Assembly: GCA_965223505.1 (NCBI GenBank)
Contig: CBDCWP010000031.1
Coordinates: 64,001-128,000 of the forward strand
Source of the DNA: Planctomycetota bacterium
GTDB lineage: Bacteria; Planctomycetota; PLA2; JAEUHO01
Length of the DNA: 64,000 nucleotides
Reading direction: 5' to 3'
Shown here: positions 1-9,552 of the stretch, one piece after another
Layout: each line of letters begins with the position of its first letter
How positions within the stretch are numbered: position 1 is the stretch's first letter
Notes under the pieces: model-generated
Told to the model about the DNA's origin: nothing
What the model saw: the letters and a program-made list of their open reading frames with translations, nothing else
The model's database searches: none
Made by a program: the position numbers and the translations under genes

Positions 1-2270
1 CCGCCGCTCTCGTCGTCGATCTCGAGGGAACCGCCGACACGCGTCGCAACGATCGTGGCAATCGGCTCGCCGTCGCCTTCCAGATGCAGCTTGCCGTGTT
101 CGTCGCGCCGCACCGCGGTGGTCTTGCGTCCGACCGGCCGAAGATCCAGCCGCCCGACGACGCCGTCGACACCGTCGATCGTGTAGAGCAGCGTGCCCGC
201 GATGAGCGGCGCGCGCAGCTGCACGAACGCGAAGACCCCGAGCAGGAGCGCGACGCCGGCCAATCCCAAGAGGACGTATGCCCACAACCCCCAGCGCGCC
301 GGCGCCTCGACGAGCACCTCGTAGTCGTAGTTGACCTGCCGCAGCGCGTCTTCCGGCCAATGCACCCGGATCTTCACCCACGCCTGCGCGTCGTCGAAGA
401 TCGACGTCTCCATCATCGGCGCGCCGGCAGGCGTGATCCGCCAGCGGCCGCCTTCCATCGACTCGATGTTCCAGTCGGTGATCGACGTGCCTTCCAGGAC
501 CTCCACGGTGGGGGGCACGGCCTCGCGCGCCTTCTTCCAGACGCCGCCGCCGCCGTCGGCGTTCACGACGAGCTCGAGCGGCACCTGGACGTCGAACGCA
601 CCCTTCTTGACGAGCACGTGGGGGACGGCGGTGACGTCGACCGGCAGCAGCACCGGCCGGCGCGGCTCGAGCGCGATGCGGTGTTCGCCCGCGACCTCGA
701 CCCCGCCTTCCTTCAGACGGAACGTGATCATGCCCATCGACATGTCGCGCCAGCACTCAGGATCCTGCAGATCGAGGCGGAGCTCGAAGGGCCGTCCGAC
801 TTGGAGGGTGCGTGACTCCATGAGGTCCCAGACCCCGCCGTCGATCACGGCGTGCAGCAGCTCGCGAAGCTCCGGCGGAAAGCACTCCGCGACGAGCTGC
901 AGTCGATCCGGCGCGTATTCGTTGTCGCCGCGCAACGTGAGTGTGACCGCCGAGTCGTCCGCGGCGCGGGGGAGGCGCAAGGACGTCGGCCCGTCGTACT
1001 GCAGCGTGGCCTTGCCCGGCGGTACCTTGATGTCGAACAGAATCTCGAGCTTGCCTGCCGTGCTGGAGAGCTCGATGGTGCCAATCGCCTCGACGGCGAC
1101 CCCCTTGCGGGCGCGAACGGAGACGGTGACCGGCGCCTCGACGACGAATTCCGAGATCACCCGCTCTTCGCCGACCTCCACCTCGAGGTCGAACCATCGG
1201 CCGTTCTCCTCGGCGCCGACGATCTGCACGCTCCACTCGGGCTTGTGCTCGGTGTTCGTTCGACGCAAACGGAAGTGATGCTCTTCATGTCCCCCCACCG
1301 GTGGCCGGTGGGCATGGACGAGCAACGGCCGGCCGTCTTCCGTTTCGAGAACGGCGGCCTCGGCCAACGGCCACTCGAGGTGAACGGTTTGCGGAACAGG
1401 GCAGAGTGTGACGGTGTCATCCGTCCAGGGGTGAAACGAAACACGCGTCTTGTGGGGCTCGATCAGCGCCGGACGAGCGATGAAGACCTTTTGTTCGTCG
1501 TCGATGAATTCCAATCTGAGCTCGTCGTCCTGGGACCCCTTGACACCCACGAGTCCCGGCACGAAGCCTGTCGCAGTTCCCGCGGTCCAGACCTCGGCGC
1601 CGATCATGATGAAACCCCGCAGGCGCCAAGCCGGATCTGCGAAGGGCGACCATCCGCCGAACGTTGCTACGTGCGGTTTCTCGAACGCAAGGACCAACCA
1701 CGCCTTCTCCACGGCGCCGCGCAGGTTGGCGGGCATCGGCGACGGGAACGGATGGTCGATCCAGTAGACCTTGACGTCCTCCGGCGCGGTGTCCTGCCAG
1801 TACTTGGCGTCGCGGTCCCACTCGCGTCGGGCCGCCTCGGACGGGGAACCCGTGCCGCCGAACGCGCCGATCAACGCGACCCGCAGCGGGTCCTTCTTCT
1901 GATGCACCTGTGCGGCGAGGCGCAGCGCCGTTCGAATGTCGGTCAGACCCGACAGCTCGTATCCGGTGACGCTCGCGTGCTCCTTCAACCGCGCGAGCCG
2001 CCGGGCCGGATCGGCCTCGTTCACGACGGCCTTCAGGTCACGCCCGCGACTCCGGCCCTCGGCGTCGGCGCCGAGCGCCACGAGCTTCACGCGGTCGCCC
2101 CGCAGCGCGAGGACCTCGATCAGACGCAGCGTCTTGGTCCGGTACGTCTCGATCTGCTCCTTCGACGCCATGCCGTGGTCGAGAACGACGACCCAGTCCT
2201 CCGCCCATGCGGGCTCGACGAAGCACGCAGCGGCGGCGAGGAGGATGACGAGGCGTCGAACGAGGAGCAT
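1..2270 (-). CDS. Secreted, membrane-anchored protein with degenerate vWA-like N-terminal domain (partial, runs off left edge)
   Basis: Read manually: ATG at 2270, MLLVRRLVILLAAAACFVEPAWA signal peptide, DWVVVLDHGMAS and GLTDIRTALRLA vWA-like segments, TM helix WGLWAYVLLGLAGVALLLGVFAF near 230-300. Frame is open to base 1, so it is absent from the ORF track. Confidence 0.75.
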   Translation of the reverse strand, partial: MLLVRRLVILLAAAACFVEPAWAEDWVVVLDHGMASKEQIETYRTKTLRLIEVLALRGDRVKLVALGADAEGRSRGRDLKAVVNEADPARRLARLKEHASVTGYELSGLTDIRTALRLAAQVHQKKDPLRVALIGAFGGTGSPSEAARREWDRDAKYWQDTAPEDVKVYWIDHPFPSPMPANLRGAVEKAWLVLAFEKPHVATFGGWSPFADPAWRLRGFIMIGAEVWTAGTATGFVPGLVGVKGSQDDELRLEFIDDEQKVFIARPALIEPHKTRVSFHPWTDDTVTLCPVPQTVHLEWPLAEAAVLETEDGRPLLVHAHRPPVGGHEEHHFRLRRTNTEHKPEWSVQIVGAEENGRWFDLEVEVGEERVISEFVVEAPVTVSVRARKGVAVEAIGTIELSSTAGKLEILFDIKVPPGKATLQYDGPTSLRLPRAADDSAVTLTLRGDNEYAPDRLQLVAECFPPELRELLHAVIDGGVWDLMESRTLQVGRPFELRLDLQDPECWRDMSMGMITFRLKEGGVEVAGEHRIALEPRRPVLLPVDVTAVPHVLVKKGAFDVQVPLELVVNADGGGGVWKKAREAVPPTVEVLEGTSITDWNIESMEGGRWRITPAGAPMMETSIFDDAQAWVKIRVHWPEDALRQVNYDYEVLVEAPARWGLWAYVLLGLAGVALLLGVFAFVQLRAPLIAGTLLYTIDGVDGVVGRLDLRPVGRKTTAVRRDEHGKLHLEGDGEPIATIVATRVGGSLEIDDESG

Positions 2271-2310
2271 CCACGGAGCGTACCTCGCGTTCGGGACGGC
2301 GTCGCCGCGC

Positions 2311-3255
2311 TCAGGGCCGTCCGCACAGGCGCCGGTAGACGCAGGCCTCGCACTTCACGCGGTCCTCGGTCATGGCGAAGTCCTCGCGCATGGCGACATT
2401 GCCCTGCTTGTCGCGCAGGCGCGTACGCATGGCCGCGATGCTGGCGCGCATGGTCCGACGCGTCTCCTTGATGTCCTCCTCGGTGGAGGGCAGCGTGAGC
2501 ACCTGCATGTCGTCGCCGAGGAAGACCAGGTTGGTCGTCACGCGCTGTGACGGCACGCCGCGCGACGCCTCCATGTACATCGCGTAGACGCCGAGCTGGG
2601 ACTTGTAGGCCTCCGCCTTCGGCTCGCCCGTCTTCCAGTCGTAGATCTCGATGCGGCCGTCCGGCATGGTGCGGGCGAAGTCGAGCACGGCCCAGACCGG
2701 TGTGCCCTCGAACTCGAACTGGTCCAGCTGCTCGATCGGCAGCCAGTCGCGCGGATTCGATTCGCGAATCGACGCCCAGAGGTCCGACGTGAGGAAGTCC
2801 CCGATGGCGCGCTTCGCCTTGGTATTGAGCGCCCGCCACTCGTCGCCGGAAACCTCGTCGCCGTACTCGTGCTCCGCGAGGCCGAACATCTTCTTGGGAC
2901 GGTCCCGGTAGAAGCCGCGCTTGCTCTGCCGCCAGTCCTCGCGCATCCGCAGCGTCACGCCCTCGACCTCGTTCGCCGGCTCGACCTGCGGGCGTACGAA
3001 CGCCAGCTCGTTCTTGAGCGCCGACTCCTGCAGGTCGCGGAGGATGCGCTCGATCGTCTCGTGAACGACGGTGCCGACCCACGCCCAGCGGTTGCTCAGG
3101 TTCTTCAGCGTGTACGCCTCGCGCACCTCGGCCGGGGCGTTGGGCTCCCAGCCGCCCCAGGAGCCGTAGTAGTTCCACCAATACTGCCGCTTGCAGTATG
3201 CGAAGGCCGCCGCACGGGAAGCCGACCAGGTGAACTCGTTCTCGAGCTTTTTCAC
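2311..3255 (-). CDS. PD-(D/E)XK nuclease, Cas4/AddB-like with predicted 4Fe-4S cluster
   Basis: N-terminal WSAS...C, LDF...IYDWKTG nuclease motif, QLGVYA, C-terminal CxxCxYxxxC. Confidence 0.85.
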   Translation of the reverse strand: MKKLENEFTWSASRAAAFAYCKRQYWWNYYGSWGGWEPNAPAEVREAYTLKNLSNRWAWVGTVVHETIERILRDLQESALKNELAFVRPQVEPANEVEGVTLRMREDWRQSKRGFYRDRPKKMFGLAEHEYGDEVSGDEWRALNTKAKRAIGDFLTSDLWASIRESNPRDWLPIEQLDQFEFEGTPVWAVLDFARTMPDGRIEIYDWKTGEPKAEAYKSQLGVYAMYMEASRGVPSQRVTTNLVFLGDDMQVLTLPSTEEDIKETRRTMRASIAAMRTRLRDKQGNVAMREDFAMTEDRVKCEACVYRRLCGRP

Positions 3256-3298
3256 CGGCTAAGGATAGGGGGAACGCCTCGGGTCCGGCCAGCCCGCT

Positions 3299-6259
3299 CT
3301 ACGGGGCGCGCAGGGTGATACGGGCGCTCGCGTTGCCGCCCGGCGAGACGTAGACCCGCGGCGGATCGGTGACCTGGGTCCAGTCCTCGTACGTGATCTT
3401 GACCGTGTACGTGCCGGCCGCCAGGTCCGCGATCGACGCGCGGCCCTCTTCGTTCGTGACGCTGTTGTCGCTGTCGAACAGGTTGACGAGCGAGTACGTC
3501 TTGCGCACCGCCTGTCCGCGTTCGTCGTAGAGCCGAAGCTTCGCGCCCTGGACGGGATGACCGGACTCGTCCTCGACGAGGATGTCCACGGCGCCGCCGC
3601 GCGTGAGCGTGCCGTCGACCGTCGCGCCCTGGGTGTCCAGCGTGACCGCCTTCTCGTCGGGGCCGTATCCGGCCGCTTCGAACCGCACGGTGTACGAGCC
3701 GGGCTCCATCCCCTGCAGGTAGTACTTGCCGTCACTGCCGGACGTGCTGAGCGAGAACGTGAACACCGGGCGGCCGTTGGCGTCCTTCAAGGAGACCGTC
3801 GCGTCCTCGACCGGGACCCCCGCGTCGTCCTTGACGGTGCCGCTGAGCGTCGTGCCTTGCGGGAGCTTCAGGTCGCCCAGGTCGCGCGACTCGTTCTCCT
3901 GCAGCAAGAGGGGATCGCTCAGGTACTGCGCGTGTCCGGGCGAGTTGACACGTACACGATACGTCCCGGCGCTCAGGCCGCCGGCCTCGAACGTGCCGTC
4001 CTGGTTGACGCTCATCTGCGCCTTGATCGACGTCCAGATCTCGTCGCCCTCCTCGACCGACTCGACGTAGGCCCATGCGCCGCTGACGGGTTTCCCTTCG
4101 GCGTCGACCGCGCGGCCGCGCAGTGTGCCGCTGCCCATATCGATCCTCACGTCCAACGACGTCGTGCCCTCGGCGAACGTGGCGCTCTTGCTCGTCGAGA
4201 GACCGCCGCCCGTTTGCACCATGACGGTCACGCGTCCCGTGCGCAGACCGGACGCGCTGAAGCGGCCGTTCTCGTCCGTCACGGCCGACGCGATGAAGCG
4301 CATGCCGCGATCGTCCGTGACGCTGATCGTGGCGCCGGCGACGGGCTTCTCGTTCATGTACACCGCGCCGGTGACCGTGCCGCCGGCACCCTGGGTCTCG
4401 AAGTCGACGGTGACCGGGTCTTCGCCCGAAACGACGACGCCCGACTTCATGAGACCGGCGGCGCCGGGCTCGAACGGACCGGTCGACATCTGGTACGTGC
4501 CGGGGGAGATGGCGTCGAAGGCGTAGTAGCCCCTATCGTCACAGTAGGTGACGTAGGTGGATCGCGTCTCCCAGAACGTCTGGAACAGGTTGACCTGTTC
4601 GCCCGCGATCCCGTTTCCGTCCGGATCGTAGACGTGGCCTTCGATGCGCGCGCCCTTCGTCAGGCGGACCGTGACCTCCTCCGCCTGAGACGCGAGCTTG
4701 GCTTCCGTCTCGAGCACGGTGTCGCAGTGCTTCGGGTGGACGACGTGCAGCTTGACCGGACCCAGGCCGAGGCCGCTCACCTCGAAGGCACCGTCCGCGT
4801 CCGTGCGCGTGTAGTGCTCGCGGGACTTCGTCGGCGGGAAACCGCCCATCTTCACGTAGACCTCGGCGCCCGACACGTGTTCGCCGTCGCCGTGCGTGAC
4901 GACGCCGCGGACGACGCCGGTTTCCGGCATGACGACCTCGAGCTTCGTCGTTTCGCCGACCTTGACTACCGCCTTGCCGTCTTCGGAGAGCGTTCCATCG
5001 TCGGCGAGGATGCGGAACTGCCACGTTCCCGTGGGGAGGTTCACGGCAAACGTGCCGTCGGCGTTCTCGATCTTCGTCGTGAAGCTGTAGACGTAGCCGT
5101 AGGGCTCGGCGCGGTAGGGCCGAACCTGCGCGTTCGTGACCGGGGTGCCGTCGGCCCAGGTCGCGACGCCCTCGACGCGGCCCGTACCGGCGAGCTTCAG
5201 AACGACGCCGGAGCCGGGACTCTTGGTGTTCGTCAGGACCGATCCGCCCTCTTCCTGCCACGCGATGACCATGTAATTGCCCCGCCGGAGTCCGTCCATC
5301 ACGAACGAGCCGTCCTTGCCGGTCGTGGCGGGCAGGCTGGGCTGGAACGTCGGCATCGCGAAGCCCATGACGGCGGCGCCGGCGACAGGCGCGTTGTCCG
5401 AGTCCACGACCTTGCCGCTGATCGACTCCGCGAGCAGCATCTGAACGCTGAGGTGGCGCGTGCGCCCGGACGCGACGACGACCTGGTTCGTGCCGGTCGT
5501 CGCGAAACCCCTGGCGCTGACGGCGACGTTGTACTTGTCCGGGTGCAGCGGCCCGAGCCGTGCCTTGCCGAGCTCGTCCGTGACACCCGCCTTGTGGCGC
5601 ACCGACTTCACACCCGCCATCTCCGGTCCCATGGAGAGGTGGATGTCCCACGGCATCGTCGTCGCCAAGACGTTGGCGCCCCGGATGGGACGCCCCATCG
5701 GATCGGTGACCTTGACCTCGATGGCGTCGGTCTGATCGGGTCGACGCCGGAGGTCGATCGTCGCGAGCGTGATGACGGCGGCCGCTTCGACCTTCTCCCC
5801 GTCGACCATCGTGAATCCGACGGGCTGCGCGAGAACCGTCTTCGCGAGAAAGCCGTCGGCCGCGGCGCGCAACGTGTGCTGTCCGTCCGGCAGCCCCTTC
5901 ATCTCCCAAGTGCCGTCCTTGCGAGTACGGACACCCCGCTCGTTGCCGGGAAGCACGACCCGGACCCGCGCGAGATAGAGCGGCTGCTCCTCGCCGGTGA
6001 TCATGCCCTTGATCGTGTTGGGGCCCAGGCCGAGGTCGAGGGCGCCTACGGGGTCGCCTTCGTACTCCGTGAGGTCGGCAAGCTCCGCCTCGCCTTTGCC
6101 GCGGCCCTTCAAGCCCGCGCCTTCGAGGTCGCCGGCTTCTCCGACCTCGCCATCGGACCCGTCGTCGCCGGATCCGAAGAAGCCCAGCGGATCCAAGGTG
6201 AAGAACAACGCGGCGACCGCGATCACCGCCAACAGTACAAACCACGCGGACCGATTCAT
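3299..6259 (-). CDS. Membrane-anchored protein with tandem carboxypeptidase-regulatory-like (beta-sandwich) repeats
   Basis: N-terminal TM; repeated GxVxDxxGxPVxGAxV...TDxxGxF...GL..GxY units; SD GGAGG before ATG. Confidence 0.85.
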   Translation of the reverse strand: MNRSAWFVLLAVIAVAALFFTLDPLGFFGSGDDGSDGEVGEAGDLEGAGLKGRGKGEAELADLTEYEGDPVGALDLGLGPNTIKGMITGEEQPLYLARVRVVLPGNERGVRTRKDGTWEMKGLPDGQHTLRAAADGFLAKTVLAQPVGFTMVDGEKVEAAAVITLATIDLRRRPDQTDAIEVKVTDPMGRPIRGANVLATTMPWDIHLSMGPEMAGVKSVRHKAGVTDELGKARLGPLHPDKYNVAVSARGFATTGTNQVVVASGRTRHLSVQMLLAESISGKVVDSDNAPVAGAAVMGFAMPTFQPSLPATTGKDGSFVMDGLRRGNYMVIAWQEEGGSVLTNTKSPGSGVVLKLAGTGRVEGVATWADGTPVTNAQVRPYRAEPYGYVYSFTTKIENADGTFAVNLPTGTWQFRILADDGTLSEDGKAVVKVGETTKLEVVMPETGVVRGVVTHGDGEHVSGAEVYVKMGGFPPTKSREHYTRTDADGAFEVSGLGLGPVKLHVVHPKHCDTVLETEAKLASQAEEVTVRLTKGARIEGHVYDPDGNGIAGEQVNLFQTFWETRSTYVTYCDDRGYYAFDAISPGTYQMSTGPFEPGAAGLMKSGVVVSGEDPVTVDFETQGAGGTVTGAVYMNEKPVAGATISVTDDRGMRFIASAVTDENGRFSASGLRTGRVTVMVQTGGGLSTSKSATFAEGTTSLDVRIDMGSGTLRGRAVDAEGKPVSGAWAYVESVEEGDEIWTSIKAQMSVNQDGTFEAGGLSAGTYRVRVNSPGHAQYLSDPLLLQENESRDLGDLKLPQGTTLSGTVKDDAGVPVEDATVSLKDANGRPVFTFSLSTSGSDGKYYLQGMEPGSYTVRFEAAGYGPDEKAVTLDTQGATVDGTLTRGGAVDILVEDESGHPVQGAKLRLYDERGQAVRKTYSLVNLFDSDNSVTNEEGRASIADLAAGTYTVKITYEDWTQVTDPPRVYVSPGGNASARITLRAP

Positions 6260-6369
6260 TGCACGCCTCCGCGGCGGGGGAACAGCGGTACGGTACCCCT
6301 TGCGAGTGGGCCTGACGCGTCGTTCCCAAGTGGACGGGCAGCTCCGATTCGAAACGGGCTCAAGTGCGT

Positions 6370-6395
6370 GACCGTCCTAGGACGATAGGACGGTC
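6370..6395. promoter_or_regulatory. Perfect inverted repeat, probable GntR/YtrA autoregulatory operator
   Basis: GACCGTCCTA-N6-TAGGACGGTC ending 3 nt before the GntR ATG. Confidence 0.75.
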
Positions 6396-6398
6396 GCC

Positions 6399-6833
6399 AT
6401 GGAGATCCGTGTCGACCCCGCCCGCGCCACGCCGCCCTCGCGACAGATCGTCGAGGCCGTCCTGGAGCGCATTGCAGGCGGGCTCCTGGGGCCCGGCGAC
6501 AAGCTTCCCAGCGTGCGCAAGCTCGCGGCGGCCGCGCTCGTCAACCCCAACACGGTCGGCAAGGCCTACCGCGACCTCGAGGCGATGGGCGCGGTTGCCG
6601 GGCGCAGCGGCGCCGGGGTCTTCGTCACCGACGCCGGACCCGCGACCGCGAAGGCGGACCGCCGCGCGGCGTCGCTCGACGCGGTCCAGACGGCGATCGA
6701 GACCGCCGTGCGCGTCGGCCTTCCGGCCGATCAGCTCGCCGGCCGGATCGAGAATTGGCTGCGCGGCGCCGTGAAGGCCAACGGAAACGGCGCCGCGAAT
6801 GGAAACGGCAACAACGGGAGAAACGGACGATGA
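6399..6833 (+). CDS. GntR family transcriptional regulator, YtrA subfamily
   Basis: QI...I..G.L.PGDKLPSVRKLA...VNPNTVGKAYRDLE..G...G.GVFV wHTH with short C-terminus; followed by ABC genes. Confidence 0.92.
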   Translation: MEIRVDPARATPPSRQIVEAVLERIAGGLLGPGDKLPSVRKLAAAALVNPNTVGKAYRDLEAMGAVAGRSGAGVFVTDAGPATAKADRRAASLDAVQTAIETAVRVGLPADQLAGRIENWLRGAVKANGNGAANGNGNNGRNGR

Positions 6834-7573
6834 CCCCTACGAACGTCGGCATCGACATTTGCGACGTGCATCAGCGCTACGGCCGCAGGCCCGTGCTGAA
6901 AGGAGTGACGCTGGCAGTGCCCGAAGGCGCCACGACGGTGCTTCTGGGCGCGAACGGCGAGGGCAAGACGACGCTGCTCAAGCTCTGCCTGGGCGTCTTG
7001 CGGCCGCGCGAAGGCGTCGTGCGCGTGCTCGACATGGATCCCATCAGCGACGCGTCGAAGCTGCGCGAGACCATCGGCTACGTTCCCGACAAGCCGGACG
7101 CGTACGGCTGGATGCGCATCGGCGACCTGTTTCGATACCTGCGCGCTCACTACCCGACGTGGGACGACGAGAGAGCCCGGGAGCTCGTCGACACGCTCGT
7201 CATCCCGACCCGTTCGAAGTTCAAGCAGATGAGCCGCGGCCAGGGCATGAAGGCCATGCTCGCCGCCGCGTTGTCGCACCATCCGGACGTGCTCTTGCTC
7301 GACGAGCCGTTCGGCGGCCTCGATCCCCTCGTTCGCGAAGACGTGCTGCGCAACGTGATCGAAGCGATGGGCGACCGCCCGCGCACCGTGTTGTTGACGA
7401 CGCACGACCTCGACGTCGCGTCGCGCGTCGCCGACCGCATCGCCGTGATGGCCGACGGGGTCATCTCGGCAGAGGGGCCGGCAGCCGAGATCGCCGGCAA
7501 CGACGAGGACAGTCCGACGCCCGAGAGCCTGCGCCGCGCGCTGGCCGAGGCCGTGCAAGGGAGCTACGCATGA
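6830..7573 (+). CDS. ABC transporter ATP-binding protein (YtrB-like)
   Basis: Walker A GANGEGKTT, signature MSRGQ, Walker B LLLDEP, H-loop TTHD; ATGA overlap with the GntR stop. Confidence 0.92.
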   Translation: MTPTNVGIDICDVHQRYGRRPVLKGVTLAVPEGATTVLLGANGEGKTTLLKLCLGVLRPREGVVRVLDMDPISDASKLRETIGYVPDKPDAYGWMRIGDLFRYLRAHYPTWDDERARELVDTLVIPTRSKFKQMSRGQGMKAMLAAALSHHPDVLLLDEPFGGLDPLVREDVLRNVIEAMGDRPRTVLLTTHDLDVASRVADRIAVMADGVISAEGPAAEIAGNDEDSPTPESLRRALAEAVQGSYA

Positions 7574-9552
7574 AGCGCTTGACGATCGGTTTGTGGAAGG
7601 AGTGGCGCGATCATCGCGGCGTGCTGCTCGGGCTGCTCGGCGCGATTCCGCTGCTCACGTTCCTGGGCTTCTGGGCGTTCGCCGAGGAGTTCGAAGGCGC
7701 GCGCGTGTGGAGCGTGACGGGCTGGTTCCTGAGCGTGTCGCTCGTGCTGCTGCTCTTCAGCGTCGCGGCCGACCTCGTGGCCGGTGAGACGCGCCGCGGC
7801 ACGATGGCCCTGGTGCGGCGGCTGCCGCGCTCGATGGTGTCGTCGTTCGTCGTGAAGCTCTCGTTTCTCGTCGTCTCCGTCGCCACCGTGACGGTCGTGC
7901 AGATGGGCTCGCTCGCGGCCGCGTGGGCGTTGTTCATCGGCGACGGACGCGGGCAGGCCGTGTTCGACAGCCTCGCGTCGTTCCCCGGAGGTCAGGTTTG
8001 GGCGCAGGCGCTCGGCGTCATGTTGCTCATGTCCTGGACGCTTGTGACGTCGACCTGGCTGGGGCGCAGCGGCGCGGCGGCGGTGGCTTCGATTCTCGTC
8101 TTGGCGTTGATCGCCCTGCCGTGGGCGCTCTTGCACTATTGGCATCCGTACTTCCTGCGCTTCGACGAGAGCTACATCCCGTCGGTCGTGGCGATCTTCG
8201 CCGTACTCGCGCTCGTGGTCGCCGCGGTCTCGTATCTACGCGGGCTGCGCTTCCATGCCGCGGCGTGGCGACCGGCGGCCTACGGCGCGGTCTGCCTGTT
8301 CGTCATCACCGGCGCGTCCTACGGCTACGCACAGGCCCGTCTCGACTCGTGGCTCGATCTCGATCCCGCGGACGAGGACTTCTTCATCCACGACGCCTAC
8401 TACGGCGCCGGCGGCCACAAGCTCTACCTCAACGTGTATCGCAACCACCCGTGGTACGGCGGCGCGCCCGCCAAGCACCTGCCGCGCGGCGGCTCCATCG
8501 CGGACGAGCGCGGCACGCCGATGCAGGCCTGGGTCGTCGACCTCGAGAGCGGTTCGATCGACAAGCAGGCAATCGACGGTCTCACGACCTTCAATCTGCC
8601 GATGGACGCACAGTTCCAGAGCGCGCAGTGGGGTGGGTTTCACTCGGCGCGGATTCCCATTCCGTTGCTGGTCCGGTATCGGATCCACGACGACAAGCTG
8701 ACTGCGGTCGATTGGGTCGATGCCCGAACGGGCGCGCTCGTCGACACGTTGCCGCCGCGTGTGCGCAACGAGAAGACCGAGGCGTTGCTGCGTGACGCAC
8801 TGCGCGAGTCCGCCTACGTGCGCGACAGCAAGGGGCGGCGCGTGTGGCTGCGGGAGCTGGCGCTCGAGCGCGAGGGGGAGGAACGACCGATCGAGCCCGG
8901 CGTGCGCGCGATCCGGGGTGCCAGCGCGGTGCCCACGCCGGACGGCTGGCACGTCGTCGCCTTCGGCAGGAACAAGATCCAACGCACGCTCATCGACTAC
9001 GAAACGGGCGAGGAGCACCAGCTGCCCATGCACTTCGGTGCGATCCTGTCGCGCGACTGGTCGCTCATGGGGAACCGAACGAAGAACTTCGAGCTGGTCC
9101 CGCTGCAGGGGCAGACCGGCGTGCCGCAGATCGTGAACCCGCCGCAGTTCACCGTGCAGTGCGTCGCGCGCGACGCCATGTTGGCGTTGCGAGGGCCGAA
9201 AGCGAAGTACCGGCTGGAGCTCTGGAACCCGCTGACCGGCGAGACGCAGCCGGTCGCGTGGCCCGGCGTCGATCACCTTCGCGGCAACGACGTGCTCGTG
9301 CGCGGACGGGACCGCCACGGTCGTCCGCTCTTGTCCGTGCGGCGGGGCGCGAACGTCCCGTTCCGATACGTCTGGGGCGTGTTGGACGTCGCGAGCGCGA
9401 CCGTACGGCCGCTGCGCGAAGGTGGGCCCGGCGAGAGCGTATGGCCGCTCGTGTTGGACGACGACGGCTCGCTCGTCGCGGTCGAGGACTACAAGCGCGT
9501 CGTGCGCTACGGTCCGAACCCCGACGTGCGTGAGGTGCTCTTCCCGCGCTAA
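7570..9552 (+). CDS. ABC-2 type permease with large C-terminal soluble domain
   Basis: MKRLTIGLWKEWR start (ATGA overlap), about 8 hydrophobic helices, E..RGT...R.P motif, beta-rich C-terminus. Confidence 0.8.
   Translation: MKRLTIGLWKEWRDHRGVLLGLLGAIPLLTFLGFWAFAEEFEGARVWSVTGWFLSVSLVLLLFSVAADLVAGETRRGTMALVRRLPRSMVSSFVVKLSFLVVSVATVTVVQMGSLAAAWALFIGDGRGQAVFDSLASFPGGQVWAQALGVMLLMSWTLVTSTWLGRSGAAAVASILVLALIALPWALLHYWHPYFLRFDESYIPSVVAIFAVLALVVAAVSYLRGLRFHAAAWRPAAYGAVCLFVITGASYGYAQARLDSWLDLDPADEDFFIHDAYYGAGGHKLYLNVYRNHPWYGGAPAKHLPRGGSIADERGTPMQAWVVDLESGSIDKQAIDGLTTFNLPMDAQFQSAQWGGFHSARIPIPLLVRYRIHDDKLTAVDWVDARTGALVDTLPPRVRNEKTEALLRDALRESAYVRDSKGRRVWLRELALEREGEERPIEPGVRAIRGASAVPTPDGWHVVAFGRNKIQRTLIDYETGEEHQLPMHFGAILSRDWSLMGNRTKNFELVPLQGQTGVPQIVNPPQFTVQCVARDAMLALRGPKAKYRLELWNPLTGETQPVAWPGVDHLRGNDVLVRGRDRHGRPLLSVRRGANVPFRYVWGVLDVASATVRPLREGGPGESVWPLVLDDDGSLVAVEDYKRVVRYGPNPDVREVLFPR

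Noticed and set aside
2311..3255. Cas4 as evidence of a CRISPR-Cas locus
   Set aside because: No repeat-spacer array or other cas genes seen anywhere in the window.
3557..6388. Long antisense ORFs (also 852-2471, 24874-26865, 38424-41045, 62751-63965 and similar)
   Set aside because: Typical high-GC shadow frames opposite well-supported genes, with no motifs.
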